Positions 1-11,697 are shown, counted from the first letter of the stretch. The stretch: 64,000 bases of DNA from an uncultured cyanobacterium (GCA_963744145.1 CAVUSO010000001.1:4192001-4256000); one strand, 5' to 3'. Notes: a model not told the origin generated them from the sequence alone. Numbers and translations: made by a program.

Positions 1-1092
1 TGTGTCTTCTACTTCATCAATGGTTTTGACTAAATGTTTGGAATTAGCCGCAATTTCTCGCGCGGTTGCTGCTACCTGATTTGTGGATGCTACTTGTTGG
101 GCCATGGTGGATTCTAATTCTTTACCCGAAGCTGAGATGTTCGTACTAGCAGTAGTAATTTGGATTCCTGATTGCTGCACTTGACGGATTAAAGTATTTA
201 AGTTTTCCGTCATCACGCGGAAAGCCATCATTAATCTCCCGACCTCATCTCGGTCTTCGGTAGCTTGCACTTGAGTAGTTAAATCTCCTGTGGAAACTTT
301 TTCTGCTACTCCCACAACTTGAGCAATTTTGGCTCCCATGGGTTTGACGATCGTATTACTAAAATACACCCCAAAAACTCCCGCTATTACTGGACCGAGG
401 ATTAATCCCATCAAGATGAATAATGTAGTTTGAGATTCATCTTTTTCTGCTATTTTTTTATAATTTTCTGCGATTTTAACATTATATAATATCAGTTCTT
501 GTAACGCTTTTGCGGCTGAGTCAAATGCCGGTTCTACCTTGGTCTGTAAGTAATCATTCATATCACTGATTGTTTGTACTGCTACTTCAGCATTAGCATA
601 TTCAGTTGTATTACTTTTCCCTTGCTTCAATAAATCAACCTGAACTTTTCTTGGGTTGGTGATGCCAGAATTAATCACCTTGTCATGGAGCCGAAGATAA
701 TCTTCACTGCTGCTTTTCCACTTATCCCATTCGGTCAAAAATTTTTGATAGATTTGATCTTCCTCATCGTTACGGGGTGCATCAGTATACTCTTTAAATC
801 CTGCTTCTATAACTTTTAATCCCGTCTGAATATTGGTTAACTCTTTTTGTCTTTGCTCGCTGGTTAATGCGTTAGCTATCAACTCTTTTTCCGAGCCATT
901 AATGCTGGTTTGTCCTTGGTTAACTTGCCACAAACCTTGGAGACTAGGTAACGAATTACCAATCAGATTATTCAGATGTTTTTTTAAAGTATTTGTACCA
1001 TTCCAACCAATAATACCGACAATTAAAACGATTACGCCGATCAGGAGAAATCCAGAAATTAGACGGTTTTGCAATGACAGATTTTTTAACAT
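1..1092 (-). CDS. Methyl-accepting chemotaxis protein (TM, four-helix sensor, TM, HAMP, MCP signal), 3' end outside window
   Basis: Hand translation from ATG 1092: MLKNLSLQNRLISGFLLIGVIVLIVGIIGWNG...; at the window edge, in the same frame, ELESTMAQQVASTNQVAATAREIAANSKHLVKTIDEVEDT, a typical MCP signalling helix. Not in ORF track. Confidence 0.85.
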   Translation of the reverse strand, partial: MLKNLSLQNRLISGFLLIGVIVLIVGIIGWNGTNTLKKHLNNLIGNSLPSLQGLWQVNQGQTSINGSEKELIANALTSEQRQKELTNIQTGLKVIEAGFKEYTDAPRNDEEDQIYQKFLTEWDKWKSSSEDYLRLHDKVINSGITNPRKVQVDLLKQGKSNTTEYANAEVAVQTISDMNDYLQTKVEPAFDSAAKALQELILYNVKIAENYKKIAEKDESQTTLFILMGLILGPVIAGVFGVYFSNTIVKPMGAKIAQVVGVAEKVSTGDLTTQVQATEDRDEVGRLMMAFRVMTENLNTLIRQVQQSGIQITTASTNISASGKELESTMAQQVASTNQVAATAREIAANSKHLVKTIDEVEDT

Positions 1093-1343
1093 GATGTTTA
1101 ATCCTAGGTTAGTTAATGAATGTTTTGCGCTCATATTAGAGTTGGGACATCTGCATAATAACATTAATGGGTTGTCTTGTACAATTATTTAACTCTCTCA
1201 ATAGAACTAAATAAATAAGGTAAAAATATGATCGATAAGTTTTAAATATTTGAAAGTAACCAAAATTCATTTTTAAATGATAGTGTTACCAATTAGTGTA
1301 ATATGAGAATTACCCCAGAGCTGAAATTAACTAAAATTTGTCA

Positions 1344-3329
1344 ATGTCCAAAATTACTAGCCCGATCACTGCATTTCCACTCACTGCGGTAGTGGGACAA
1401 GATGCCATTAAACTCGCGTTGTTATTAGCAGCGGTTGATCCAGGTTTAGGAGGAGTAGCGATCGCTGGACGTAGAGGTACGGCTAAGTCAGTTATGGCTA
1501 GAGGTATAGCGATTTTACTACCACCGATTGAAATTGTCAAGGGTTCTTTCGATCATGCTGTCCCAAATTTAGAAATTAGTGGAGAAACTACAGCACCAGA
1601 AAATACCCAAATCATTCCTGCACCATTTATTCAAATTCCCTTGGGTATAACTGAAGATCGACTCCTCGGTTCAGTTGATGTGGAAAAATCGGTTAAGGAG
1701 GGAGAAACTATATTTCAACCCGGACTCCTAGCTCAAGCAAATCGAGGAGTGTTATATGTTGATGAAATTAATTTACTAGATGACCAAATTAGTAACCAGT
1801 TATTAACCGTATTATCAGAAGGATATAATCGGATTGAACGGGAAGGAATTAGTATTGAACATCCTTGTCAAGCTTTATTTATTGCTACTTATAATCCGGA
1901 AGAAGGACCATTACGAGAACATCTCCTCGATCGCATTGCGATCACTCTTTCCGCTGATGGTGTTTTAGGTTTAGATGAAAGAGTACAAGCAGTCGAACAA
2001 GCTTTGGCTTATGCTAAATCTCCGTCAGATTTTCTCGAAACCTATCATGAAGATTTAGATAATCTGAAAACTCAAATTATTCTAGCCCGGGAATGGCTCA
2101 AAGATGTAGTCATTACCCAGGAGCAAATTAGTTATTTAGTTGAAGAAGCAATTCGCGCTGGAGTCCAGGGACATCGAGCCGAATTATTTGCAGTGCGAGT
2201 CGCTAAAGCCGCAGCAGCATTAGATGGTAGAATTACTGTTAATGCTGAAGATTTACGTCGTGCTGTGGAATTGGTGATTGTCCCTCGTGCGACGATCGTC
2301 CAAACACCCCCAGAAGAACCACCCGCACCTCCACCTCCTCCTCCTCCCCCAGAAGATCAATCGGAACAAGAACAAGAAGAACAGGAACAAGAAGAAAATC
2401 CCAATCCACCAGAGGAAGAAGAAGCTAGTATTCCGGAAGAGTTTCTGTTTGATCCCGAAGGAGTAATTCTTGATCCGAGTGTGTTATTTTTTGCTCAAAA
2501 TGCTCAACGACAAGGTAAGTCAGGTAGTCGAAGTAAGATTTTTTCTGACGATCGCGGACGTTATGTTAAACCAATGTTACCGAAAGGTAAGGTCAAACGG
2601 ATTGCAGTTGATGCGACTTTAAGAGCTGCTGCTCCATACCAGAAATCCAGACGTGAGCGTCAACCAGATCGAAGAGTGATTGTGGAATCAGCAGATATTC
2701 GGAGTAAACGCTTAGTTCGTAAAGCTGGAGCTTTAGTAGTATTTGTAGTTGATGCTTCTGGTTCAATGGCTCTGAATCGGATGCAATCAGCTAAGGGTGC
2801 AGTGATGCGACTATTAACTGAAGCATATCAAAATCGTGATCAAGTTGCTTTGATTCCTTTTCGCGGAGAACAAGCGGATATCTTATTACCCCCAACTCGT
2901 TCGATCGCTTTAGCAAAAAGACGTTTAGAAACTCTTCCCTGTGGTGGTGGTTCACCCCTAGCACATGGTTTGACTCAAGCGGTTCGAGTGGGAATTAATG
3001 CTCAAAAATCTGGAGATATTGGTCAAATTGTGATTGTCGCAATTACCGATGGTAGAGGGAATATTCCCTTAGCTCGATCGCTAGGTGAACCGATTTTAAC
3101 TGAAGAAAAACCTGATATTAAGGCAGAATTATTAAATATTGCTGCCCGAATTCGTAGTTTAGGAATTCAGTTGTTAATGATTGATACTGAGAATAAGTTT
3201 ATTTCCACCGGATTTGCTAAAGAGTTAGCCAAAACTTCTGGTGGTAAATATTATCATCTCCCTAAAGCTACTGATCAAGCGATCGCTGCTATGGCTATGG
3301 GTGCGATCGCTGATCTCAAATCTCGCTAG
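1344..3329 (+). CDS. chlD: Magnesium chelatase subunit D
   Basis: AAA+ N-terminus ([17 protein letters not shown]), Pro/Glu-rich linker, C-terminal vWA (VVDASGSMA...ITDGRGN). ATG 1344 preferred over TTG 1338. Confidence 0.95.
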   Translation: MSKITSPITAFPLTAVVGQDAIKLALLLAAVDPGLGGVAIAGRRGTAKSVMARGIAILLPPIEIVKGSFDHAVPNLEISGETTAPENTQIIPAPFIQIPLGITEDRLLGSVDVEKSVKEGETIFQPGLLAQANRGVLYVDEINLLDDQISNQLLTVLSEGYNRIEREGISIEHPCQALFIATYNPEEGPLREHLLDRIAITLSADGVLGLDERVQAVEQALAYAKSPSDFLETYHEDLDNLKTQIILAREWLKDVVITQEQISYLVEEAIRAGVQGHRAELFAVRVAKAAAALDGRITVNAEDLRRAVELVIVPRATIVQTPPEEPPAPPPPPPPPEDQSEQEQEEQEQEENPNPPEEEEASIPEEFLFDPEGVILDPSVLFFAQNAQRQGKSGSRSKIFSDDRGRYVKPMLPKGKVKRIAVDATLRAAAPYQKSRRERQPDRRVIVESADIRSKRLVRKAGALVVFVVDASGSMALNRMQSAKGAVMRLLTEAYQNRDQVALIPFRGEQADILLPPTRSIALAKRRLETLPCGGGSPLAHGLTQAVRVGINAQKSGDIGQIVIVAITDGRGNIPLARSLGEPILTEEKPDIKAELLNIAARIRSLGIQLLMIDTENKFISTGFAKELAKTSGGKYYHLPKATDQAIAAMAMGAIADLKSR

Positions 3330-3341
3330 AGATCAAGAGAC

Positions 3342-4556
3342 TTAACTCTGAGCAGAAACTAGCATCTTCTGAGCCGATGTAGCACAGAATTCTTGGTAAT
3401 CTTCTGTTACTTGTTGAGCATAGCTTTGAGCATAATCTAACAAAGGACTACGCCAATCAGCATCTTGGGAAAAAGCAATTAATTCATCCGCGATCGCTGA
3501 TTTTTGTCTTCCTCCACTCCGTAATTGTGCCCAAGCAGTGATCTCTCCCATAGTTTCGAGCACTCTTTCCAAACGTCGCAGTTTACCATTCCATAAATCT
3601 AAGCTCACTCGGTCTTGACTTGGTTGTAAACCACTTAATACAAATGGTACTGAATCAATCAAGACTGGTGATAACATTGCCTTTGGTGTTGCTTGTACCC
3701 GTTGCTGGATCGAGACTACTCTCTCTGCTTCACTATTCCACTTAGGTTGACTTATTTTTACATAAGGTTGAAGTGAAGAAGGAATAGCTTGTTTGACATC
3801 AATCAGATAATTTTGGTCCGGAGAACCTTTTCCTGTCACCAACAATACATAACGTCTGATCCCTAAGCTACCAGTTCCGGCAATTCTGACTGCAACATCT
3901 AGTAGTTTGAAAAACTCAGGATTGGTTTGTGTAGTAGCCCAATTACTTAAAAAAGATTCAACTTGCGATCGCTCTTCGGTCGTAATTTCGGCAATATGTT
4001 TATTGTCAATTACAAATTGTCGCTTCCCTTTCTTCACTTCTGTGGTTTTATTCAGAAAATCTGCCCGTTTTCTTTCTTTTAAACTCACCAGTAAATCTTT
4101 GACCATTCCTTTGGCTGTTTCGGTTTCTACATACCGAGCTTTACCCGTAGCTAAAGCATTAATATAAGCATCTAAAAAACAATGACATAATGCTAATGCT
4201 TCTTGTTGATTGACACCTAAAGTACCTGCACCGACAATGACGCTGGTAAGTAAGCGAGCTATTTCCCAGGTACAAGGAGCCAGGATGGCTTCATCAAAAT
4301 CATTCATGTCAAAGTAGACTAAACGATTATCACCTTTGTAACTGCCAAAATTTTCTAAGTGTAAATCACCACAGATCCAAGTTGATGGGGCATCATTGAG
4401 GGGCGATTTGGCGGGCCAATCTTCATAGAAGAGGTGACAAGTCCCGCGAAAAAACACAAAACTATTCTTTCGCATCGCCTGATATTTTAGCCCCAAACGT
4501 TGCGGATTTCTACCCTGATTAAACTTTTCAATTCGCTCAAATACATTTTTTGTCAT
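3342..4556 (-). CDS. DUF2252 family protein (kinase-like fold)
   Basis: FFRGT, CGDLHLENFG, FDMNDFDEA, GTGSLG motifs. Confidence 0.85.
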   Translation of the reverse strand: MTKNVFERIEKFNQGRNPQRLGLKYQAMRKNSFVFFRGTCHLFYEDWPAKSPLNDAPSTWICGDLHLENFGSYKGDNRLVYFDMNDFDEAILAPCTWEIARLLTSVIVGAGTLGVNQQEALALCHCFLDAYINALATGKARYVETETAKGMVKDLLVSLKERKRADFLNKTTEVKKGKRQFVIDNKHIAEITTEERSQVESFLSNWATTQTNPEFFKLLDVAVRIAGTGSLGIRRYVLLVTGKGSPDQNYLIDVKQAIPSSLQPYVKISQPKWNSEAERVVSIQQRVQATPKAMLSPVLIDSVPFVLSGLQPSQDRVSLDLWNGKLRRLERVLETMGEITAWAQLRSGGRQKSAIADELIAFSQDADWRSPLLDYAQSYAQQVTEDYQEFCATSAQKMLVSAQS

Positions 4557-4748
4557 TTTTTGACTCCAGAAATTGTCTTACAATTAATATAACCTATTCT
4601 TAACCTAGTGATCATATTTTTTTAGGATAACTTCAGGTCAAGTGACCGGTTGATTGGCAAAATCTCCGGTTTATGACCAGATATCGACCGAGAAAATAGG
4701 TTTCTAGTCTCAGCGTAGGTCAAATTTTTTGTTTGAGAGCTAAAATCG

Positions 4749-5210
4749 ATGAACTCTATTTTTCTTAATCCAAATGATTGGGTAATGTTAGTCAACCGAT
4801 TAGGTTTAGCAATTTTAGTCGGTGCAGTGATCGGGTTTAACCGTCAAGTAAACGGTAAACCGGCGGGTTTCAGAACACATATACTCGTTAGTTTAGGATC
4901 AGCACTATTTGTGTTAATTCCTTTACAGGGAAATCCTTCGACCTCATTAGACACTGTGAGTCGTACTATTCAAGGAGTTGCGACAGGGGTAGGTTTTTTG
5001 GGAGCTGGGGAAATTTTGCATCCAGCGAAAAATGGACAAACCATCGTCATGGGGTTAACTTCCGCAGCATCTTTATGGGTCACTGCTGCTCTAGGAATGG
5101 TAGCAGGTTGTGGTTTATGGCAATTAAGTTTACTAGCAACCTTCTTAACTTGGTTAGTTCTCAGTGTGGGGAAAAAATTAGAAAAGTTTTTATTGGGTAG
5201 ACAGGATTAA
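4749..5210 (+). CDS. MgtC/SapB family membrane protein
   Basis: KPAGFRTHILV, GVGFLGAG, GLTSAASLW. Confidence 0.9.
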   Translation: MNSIFLNPNDWVMLVNRLGLAILVGAVIGFNRQVNGKPAGFRTHILVSLGSALFVLIPLQGNPSTSLDTVSRTIQGVATGVGFLGAGEILHPAKNGQTIVMGLTSAASLWVTAALGMVAGCGLWQLSLLATFLTWLVLSVGKKLEKFLLGRQD

Positions 5211-6592
5211 TTTTGCTTGACCAAAAATGCAGCACATTCAATATGGGAGGTTTGAGGGAAAAAATCTGCTGGTTGGACTCTAGTTAATCGATAGATATTT
5301 GACTGACACAAGATTTGCAAATCACGAGCTAGAGTAGCTGGGTTACAACTAATATAGACAATCCGCTGCGGTTGGATTTGCAGGAGAGTTTCTAGCACTA
5401 CCCGATCGCAACCTTTTCGGGGTGGATCTAGTAAGACAATATCGGGGGTAATTGTAAGACTCAGCAGCAAATTTTCTACCGCACCAACCTGAAAAGTGGC
5501 ATTATTAATTCCATTGATTTGAGCATTTAACTGGGCTTGTGCGACTGCTACTGCTTGTAATTCTAACCCAATCACTTGAGCTACTTGTTGAGCGAGGGGC
5601 AAACTAAAAGTCCCAATCCCACAATAAGCATCTAATACAATTTCCTGACCTTGCAGATTTAATTCTTGACCAATCTCTTGTAAGAGTCGCTGGGCACTAT
5701 CTGGATTAATTTGAAAGAATGTATCTGGACGTAATTGAAATTCTAACCCAGCAAATTTCTCTCTTAAGTAAGCTTGACCAATAATGCACTTGGTTTTTTC
5801 ACCAAAAATCACATTACTTTGAGCTGGGTTATAGTTCAAACAAACCCCGACTAAATTCGGATAACGATTTAACCATGTTTGAGCTTGAGTTTCAATTCCA
5901 GGTAAATTGCCCTGTTTGACAATTAAAGTTAACAGGATTTCGCCCGTATAGCGTCCAATTCGTAAAGAGAGATGACGCAGTTCCCCTCGATGTTGATTTT
6001 CAGCATAAATGGACCATTGACGCTGCTCAATATCTTGTTTGACTTCTGCTAATAAGGGATTTAAACGAATATCTTGGACTGGACATTGATTGAGGTTAAT
6101 TAATTGGTGACTACCTTTTTGATAATATCCAGCTTGGACATGACCCGTCCCTGATCTCCCGAAAGGATAGGTAGATTTATTACGATATCCAAACCTATTA
6201 GGATCAGCTAAAACTGGTTCGACCGATGGTTGAGTAATATTACCGATCCTTTCTAGGGCTTGGATCACAATAGTTTGTTTAGCTTGTAGCTGGTAATTAT
6301 AATCAATATGTTGCCACTGACAACCACCACATTTGTCAGCCACAATACAATGGGGTCGAATCCGGTGGAGAGAAGCTTCTAATATTTGATGTACTTTCCC
6401 GATCGCATGGGAAGATTTAATTCGTAACAACCGGACTAGGACGCGATCGCCAGGAACCGTATCAGGTACAAAGACAACGCGATCGTGAAAACGTCCTACC
6501 CCATCCCCACTGTCACTCAAATCTGTAATCGAGATTTCTACTAGTTGTCCCTGGTGCCATTGATTTGTCCCAGGGATCAGTTCTGAAGCCAT
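5207..6592 (-). CDS. rlmD: 23S rRNA (uracil-1939-C5)-methyltransferase
   Basis: TRAM domain, CxxxxxCGGC Fe-S motif, DAYCGIG, LDPPRKG, YISCNPATLARD. Start placed at ATG 6592 because the TTG extension runs into a repeat element. Confidence 0.92.
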   Translation of the reverse strand: MASELIPGTNQWHQGQLVEISITDLSDSGDGVGRFHDRVVFVPDTVPGDRVLVRLLRIKSSHAIGKVHQILEASLHRIRPHCIVADKCGGCQWQHIDYNYQLQAKQTIVIQALERIGNITQPSVEPVLADPNRFGYRNKSTYPFGRSGTGHVQAGYYQKGSHQLINLNQCPVQDIRLNPLLAEVKQDIEQRQWSIYAENQHRGELRHLSLRIGRYTGEILLTLIVKQGNLPGIETQAQTWLNRYPNLVGVCLNYNPAQSNVIFGEKTKCIIGQAYLREKFAGLEFQLRPDTFFQINPDSAQRLLQEIGQELNLQGQEIVLDAYCGIGTFSLPLAQQVAQVIGLELQAVAVAQAQLNAQINGINNATFQVGAVENLLLSLTITPDIVLLDPPRKGCDRVVLETLLQIQPQRIVYISCNPATLARDLQILCQSNIYRLTRVQPADFFPQTSHIECAAFLVKQN

Positions 6593-6622
6593 GATCTTAA
6601 GTCCATCATCCTTTTTCTTGAT

Positions 6623-6745
6623 TAGACAAGAAAGCAAAAGTCATGTTGATCAATTTAATTAGACAGGCAAGATGCCTGTCCCACAAGAGTTTTTTTATTG
6701 TGGGACAGGCATCTTGCCTGTCCTAGTTATTTTTGCAAGAAGCTA
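6623..6745 (-). repeat. Solo, degenerate TIR element with paired GGGACAGGCATCTTGCCTGT palindromes (same family as 30077-30604)
   Basis: agacaggcaagatgcctgtcccac...gtgggacaggcatcttgcctgtcc with eroded tagac..gcaaaagtc / ttttgcaaga ends. Confidence 0.8.
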
Positions 6746-6832
6746 TTGTTAACTAATTGTCAAGATTATCTATAATTTGTACCTCATAATCGATAAAATA
6801 CTTCATGATATCCTGAGCAGAACATAATACTC

Positions 6833-7318
6833 ATGAGCGTAATTAGCCAAGTTATTCTCAAAGCAGACGACGAACTTCGGTATCCTAGTGCCGGAGAACT
6901 CCGAAGTATAGAAACGTTTTTTCAAACTGGTGAACAGCTACTACGGATTGCCACCATCCTGGCTGACAATGAGAAAAAAATTGTAGAAAAAGCCAGTAAA
7001 AATCTATGGCAAAAACGCCCGGATTATATTTCTCCGGGGGGAAATGCTTATGGACAAAGGGAACGGGCACAATGCTTACGGGACTTCCGTTGGTATCTAC
7101 GTCTAATTACCTATGGAATTTTAGCTGGTGATAAAGAGCCAATTGAAACCATTGGTGTCATTGGGGCGCGAGAAATGTACAATGCTTTAAACGTACCTTT
7201 ACCTGGAATGGTTGAAGCGATTCGTGCTTTAAAAGATGCGGCTGTAGATTTGCTGAATCTTGATGATGCAGCAAAAGCAGCTCCTTACTTTGATTATCTC
7301 GCTCAAGCTCTAGCCTAA
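6833..7318 (+). CDS. apcD: Allophycocyanin alpha-B subunit
   Basis: [19 protein letters not shown]...[15 protein letters not shown], 161 aa, stand-alone gene. Confidence 0.93.
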   Translation: MSVISQVILKADDELRYPSAGELRSIETFFQTGEQLLRIATILADNEKKIVEKASKNLWQKRPDYISPGGNAYGQRERAQCLRDFRWYLRLITYGILAGDKEPIETIGVIGAREMYNALNVPLPGMVEAIRALKDAAVDLLNLDDAAKAAPYFDYLAQALA

Positions 7319-7610
7319 TTTTTCAATTGTCCAGCAGGATTGCTAATGGGTAAAAAGGTAATTTTTGAGAGAGGGCATCTTTTTTGAGCATCTGTTAACT
7401 TTTACCTGTTACCCGTTAGCTTGTTAAGCATAAAAAACCGACAGTGTTTCTCAAAGTCTGTCGGCTGTTAGTGTGTTCCCTGTTAATCACGGTAGTTAAA
7501 GTTAAGTTATTCTTTAGTTTGACTGTTGCTTTAGATAAAGGGAGCGATCGCGATCGGCTGATGATGTGATGCTAATCACATTTTTTCAAAAATATTCCCA
7601 AATAAATTTT

Positions 7611-7839
7611 AATCTGGTGCCGTAACCTGTAGGGGCAAAGCATTTCGGCGCATAAAGATTGCTGAAACGAAGAATAATATTACCGAAATGCTTTGCCCTC
7701 ACCATCTATGCAACCAACAGATCAACTATACATTAAAATATATTCAGTTAAGAATTTTTTTTGGAGATATCGGCGAAGAACCGGGCGTTTACCTACGGCA
7801 CGCTCTCGCGAACGCCCCTACAGTTAACTGAACTGAATT
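7611..7839 (+). mobile_element. Solo copy of the ~230-250 bp TIR/GTAG-hairpin element found in arrays A and B
   Basis: aatctggtgccgtaacctgtaggggcaaagcatttcgg...ccgaaatgctttgccc...gcccctacagttaactgaactgaatt. Confidence 0.85.
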
Positions 7840-8427
7840 AAAATATATTTTAATTTCTCGATCGGCTGTTCAGCTAACCACCAGATATTTAATTAATTTT
7901 TTCATTAATGTGGCAACTATTTGTTTAACTTATTGACTTTTTTCTTAATTAATTAATCTAATCTAGCATTGATCAAATCCTACTGATTCATCAGATAATT
8001 TAGCAGTTTTTTTAGCAACAAAGTCTGTTTTTCACCTGGCTCTAATGATCCCAACTCCACACCTTGATCATTGATCGATTTTATTTTGGTGATCTTGATC
8101 ACTCTCAGTCCTGATCGATCACACATTACTCTAATTTTAAATGTTCTAACTAACAAATACAATTATTGCAATTTTTTCTCAACTCCGCATTTTTACATAT
8201 ATTGCTTAATGTCAGCTCGCTAAATTGCGGAGGGATTACTTGATTTAATCGGAACATTTGGGCAAAATTTCCCCATTTATGCTCAATCTCTTGGTTCATC
8301 GGTAGCATGACTGATAGTAATAATACGGAGAAAAGTGCTATAAAAATTAGCAGTTATGCTGATGATATTTAAAGATAGTCAAGACAAGATCAGTTATATG
8401 GTTACCAACTTTGTGGAGCTTACTACC

Positions 8428-8655
8428 ATGCAAATCAGTAGTTTTTTTAATCACCATATAGAAGAAAGTGATATTTACTCTGTCGATCTTGATGAACTCT
8501 TTGGACATATCCTTCGTTCTGGAGCATTAACTCCTAAAGATCGACTCCGACTAAAAAAAGCTCTTTTACAAGATTCTCTACCCGAGGATCATCTATTGAT
8601 TATCAATCGGTTACTTTATGGTGTACGTCGAGGGTTTTTAAAATTAGTCGGATAG
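8428..8655 (+). CDS. Small conserved cyanobacterial hypothetical protein
   Basis: C-terminal LKKALL...IINRLLYGVRRG pattern recognised from cyanobacterial small proteins; start uncertain (8356/8398/8428). Confidence 0.65.
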   Translation: MQISSFFNHHIEESDIYSVDLDELFGHILRSGALTPKDRLRLKKALLQDSLPEDHLLIINRLLYGVRRGFLKLVG

Positions 8656-8754
8656 ACTTTCTAACTAAAAGGGAATTTTAACCCAATCTTGAAGAAAGGG
8701 TTGATAATTTAATGATTATTTAACCTTAAAGATTTTACTTCTCACTAATTCGTG

Positions 8755-11286
8755 TTAGGACAAATGAGAATTAAGCTTAGTTAGAAGTAAAGCTAAATTT
8801 TTCCGAGTGGTGCGAGTGTAAGGATGATCAACACCCAAACTGCGATCGCAGATATCTAAAGCTTGTACATATAAAGATTGCGCTTCTTGATCCCGTCCTT
8901 GAGCGTAATAGAGAGCAGCCAAATTGTTAAAACTATAGCCAACACTGGGGTCATCTTCACCCAAAAATCTTTTTCTGAGTTCTAAAGCTTCTAAATACAA
9001 GGGTTCTGCTTCCTGATAGCGTCCTTGAGCATAATAAATAGACGCTAAATTATTCAATCCAAAAGCAATATGGGGATGATGATCTAAGGAATTTCTCCAG
9101 ATCGTCAAAGCTTCTTGCTCGATTAATTCAGCTTGCTCATAATTACCTTTAATTTGGTACAGATACGCCAAATTATTCAAGTTGGATGCTACTTCTGGGT
9201 GGGTTTCTCCCAGTAAACCTTTAGTCAGTGCTAAAGCTTGTTTAAACAGGGATTCAGCCTCATGATAGCGACCCTGAACTTGATAAATTGCCGCTAAATT
9301 ATTCATACTGGTAGCGACAGCTATATGTTCCGCTCCCAAACGCTGCTTCACTGTTTCCAAACCTTGCTCAAACCAGGATTCAGCCAAATCCGGAGCTATT
9401 CCTGCATAAAAACGGCCCAAAGCTGTATAGGGCCAAATTAAATCATCATGACTCAAGTAATCTTTTAGACTTGTCGTCAGTTCCTCAATATGGGGTACAA
9501 GCAATAAGAGATTAGCGATCGCGGGTCTAGTGGGTAACTCAGAAGTTTCCCGAGCTACAGCCACAATTGCACGAGCAAACATCCGTTTAAAATTCGATGA
9601 ATATTCAGTCTGGGCTAGCTTATGCTGGAAAAATTGACGAATGGAATAGTGCAGACGATAGACTTCCTCGCCACTACACTGTAAGAGACAGCGATTTATT
9701 AAAGTAGTACGAGCTGTGATCAAAGCTTCGCGATTAATTTCTCCATCGGGGGAAAATTCTCTGACCACTTGTTCAATCAAAGACCAAGGGATGGGATTAA
9801 CTGCAAATAAGCTTAATAAAATCCCAAACTGTTGAGCTTGGGGTTCTAATCGTTCCCAAGTTAAATTAAAAGCAGCAGCTAAAGCTTCTGGAATAGTGAC
9901 TTGATGCTGGGTATCACCATGATCCCCATGGGAGACTTGATGCTCTAGGCGTTTTGCTTGTAACCTTAGTAGCATTTGTTCTAGGGAAATTTGGGACTCT
10001 AGGCTGATATAACTAGCGACTAAGTTTAAACTTAATGGTAAATAGCCGAGCCATTCGCATAACTGTTCCGCTCCCGTCAGATCAGACTCGGATGACTCTA
10101 CACCTAACCTGAGTGTCAATAACTCTAGTGCTGCTGAAGGGTTGAGCATCCCCAAGGAAATCTGTTGTAATGATGGTTCTTGCTGTAATCGGGTGGAGAT
10201 CAAGACTTTAAAACGAGATGTATCTGGTGGTAAATAAGAGCGAATCTGAGAATAGTTAATTAAATCATCCAATACCACTAAGACGGGACTAGGATCTTCT
10301 GGTTGGGACAGGGAGTCGGGTTTGGGCCAATGATGCCAACACCATAACACTTTGGAGCTGAGGGTTTGATTTTCCAGAAAATTAAAATCGGGAAACTGCG
10401 ATCGCACAAATTCCACAATTTGCACTCCTACATCCGCTCCTTTAGCCATTAACCAGCATACTCCTCCCTGGTAATGTTCTAAAAACTGGACTGCGTACTG
10501 GATCGCCAATTCCGTTTTACCAACCCCACCCACATTTATCCCAGGGACGATGGCGACCAGGCCATATTGTTGTAATAGTTCATGTATAGTCTGGAGTTCT
10601 TTTTCTCGTCCCACCAACTTGATCACATTGCTGTCAGGAATATTTTGGGATAAGTTCGCTCGTAAAGACTTGTCAACCATATAAGACCACCGAGAAGCTT
10701 CTGATTGGATATCCGCGATTAGTTGTGGTGAATCTGCTGGAATTTCTAGATTTTCAGATGTTGATGTCATTTCCACAACTGGTTGGGTGTGATTCTCCAC
10801 TGATAATATTTGATCTTGGCTCTGGGATGTTGTTTCTATAGCTATATTTCGGTTTACTGAGGTTATTTCTGGAGTTGGACTCTCTTCCCATTGTCCAGTT
10901 TTACAGTTTTGCCAATGTTGATCGAAACGACTTAAATTGGTGGTCTGATCCAGTGACCATAACTTGAGCTGAAATTTCCATTCTAGCGATCGCTTGGGGT
11001 GAAGACCTTGATCCTCTAAAAGATGCAAAAAATCTTTTAGTAGTTGCAGGACCTGTCTAATTTGCTCACGACTTAACTTACCTGGGTATTTATCTTTAAC
11101 AGTTAATTCTTCCAGAAACCTAATTTCGGTCTGAACGACTAAAAAATAACTATCGATGCTTTCGGTTAACCAACTTACTTCTAGTTGGTCAATTTTACCG
11201 ATTTCGCCATTAGCATAAGCCAACAATGCTGCTAATAAGCGCTTTACCCTTGCTCGAACCCGATCACCAGTGCTATAGTGCGGCAT
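8755..11286 (-). CDS. STAND NTPase (NB-ARC-like) with C-terminal kinesin-light-chain-type TPRs
   Basis: GGVGKTELA Walker A, VLVVLDD Walker B, LGYLPL (GLPL), repeated A.SLNNLA.LY..QGRY.EAE.LY..AL. Confidence 0.9.
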   Translation of the reverse strand: MPHYSTGDRVRARVKRLLAALLAYANGEIGKIDQLEVSWLTESIDSYFLVVQTEIRFLEELTVKDKYPGKLSREQIRQVLQLLKDFLHLLEDQGLHPKRSLEWKFQLKLWSLDQTTNLSRFDQHWQNCKTGQWEESPTPEITSVNRNIAIETTSQSQDQILSVENHTQPVVEMTSTSENLEIPADSPQLIADIQSEASRWSYMVDKSLRANLSQNIPDSNVIKLVGREKELQTIHELLQQYGLVAIVPGINVGGVGKTELAIQYAVQFLEHYQGGVCWLMAKGADVGVQIVEFVRSQFPDFNFLENQTLSSKVLWCWHHWPKPDSLSQPEDPSPVLVVLDDLINYSQIRSYLPPDTSRFKVLISTRLQQEPSLQQISLGMLNPSAALELLTLRLGVESSESDLTGAEQLCEWLGYLPLSLNLVASYISLESQISLEQMLLRLQAKRLEHQVSHGDHGDTQHQVTIPEALAAAFNLTWERLEPQAQQFGILLSLFAVNPIPWSLIEQVVREFSPDGEINREALITARTTLINRCLLQCSGEEVYRLHYSIRQFFQHKLAQTEYSSNFKRMFARAIVAVARETSELPTRPAIANLLLLVPHIEELTTSLKDYLSHDDLIWPYTALGRFYAGIAPDLAESWFEQGLETVKQRLGAEHIAVATSMNNLAAIYQVQGRYHEAESLFKQALALTKGLLGETHPEVASNLNNLAYLYQIKGNYEQAELIEQEALTIWRNSLDHHPHIAFGLNNLASIYYAQGRYQEAEPLYLEALELRKRFLGEDDPSVGYSFNNLAALYYAQGRDQEAQSLYVQALDICDRSLGVDHPYTRTTRKNLALLLTKLNSHLS

Positions 11287-11697
11287 AACTCACGTCCAGA
11301 AATTGATCCTGACTAGGGACGAATGCGTGACAATCAAGGAATTCCTGATGGTCAGCAGAAATGGGGAAATTTGCCCTTTAATCTACTTATTACAGAAAAA
11401 TTTACAGTATATACGATTGCAGCTCTGGCAATTCAATTCTGGATCAGAAGACCAGCTAGGAGAGGAGAGAGTGGGACAGAACCTAAAATTAGGTTAGTTA
11501 GCTGATAGAAGTTCAAATCTCAGTAACCAATAGTCGGGATGTAAAGTAATAGCGTACACTGATTTTTGATTAAGCTGTCAGGTACTGAAAGATTCAAGAG
11601 CTATGGAAATTGGGGTTAGCAATCCGTTATTCTGCATATCTGTCGCTTAATTGAATCTAGAAATAGATCTGGAAGTCCAGATTCCCATAAAGAACAT

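Noticed and set aside
833..1192. 119-aa plus-strand ORF
   Set aside because: Antisense shadow of the MCP gene.
2300..2430. Low-complexity Pro/Glu tract in chlD
   Set aside because: Normal ChlD linker.
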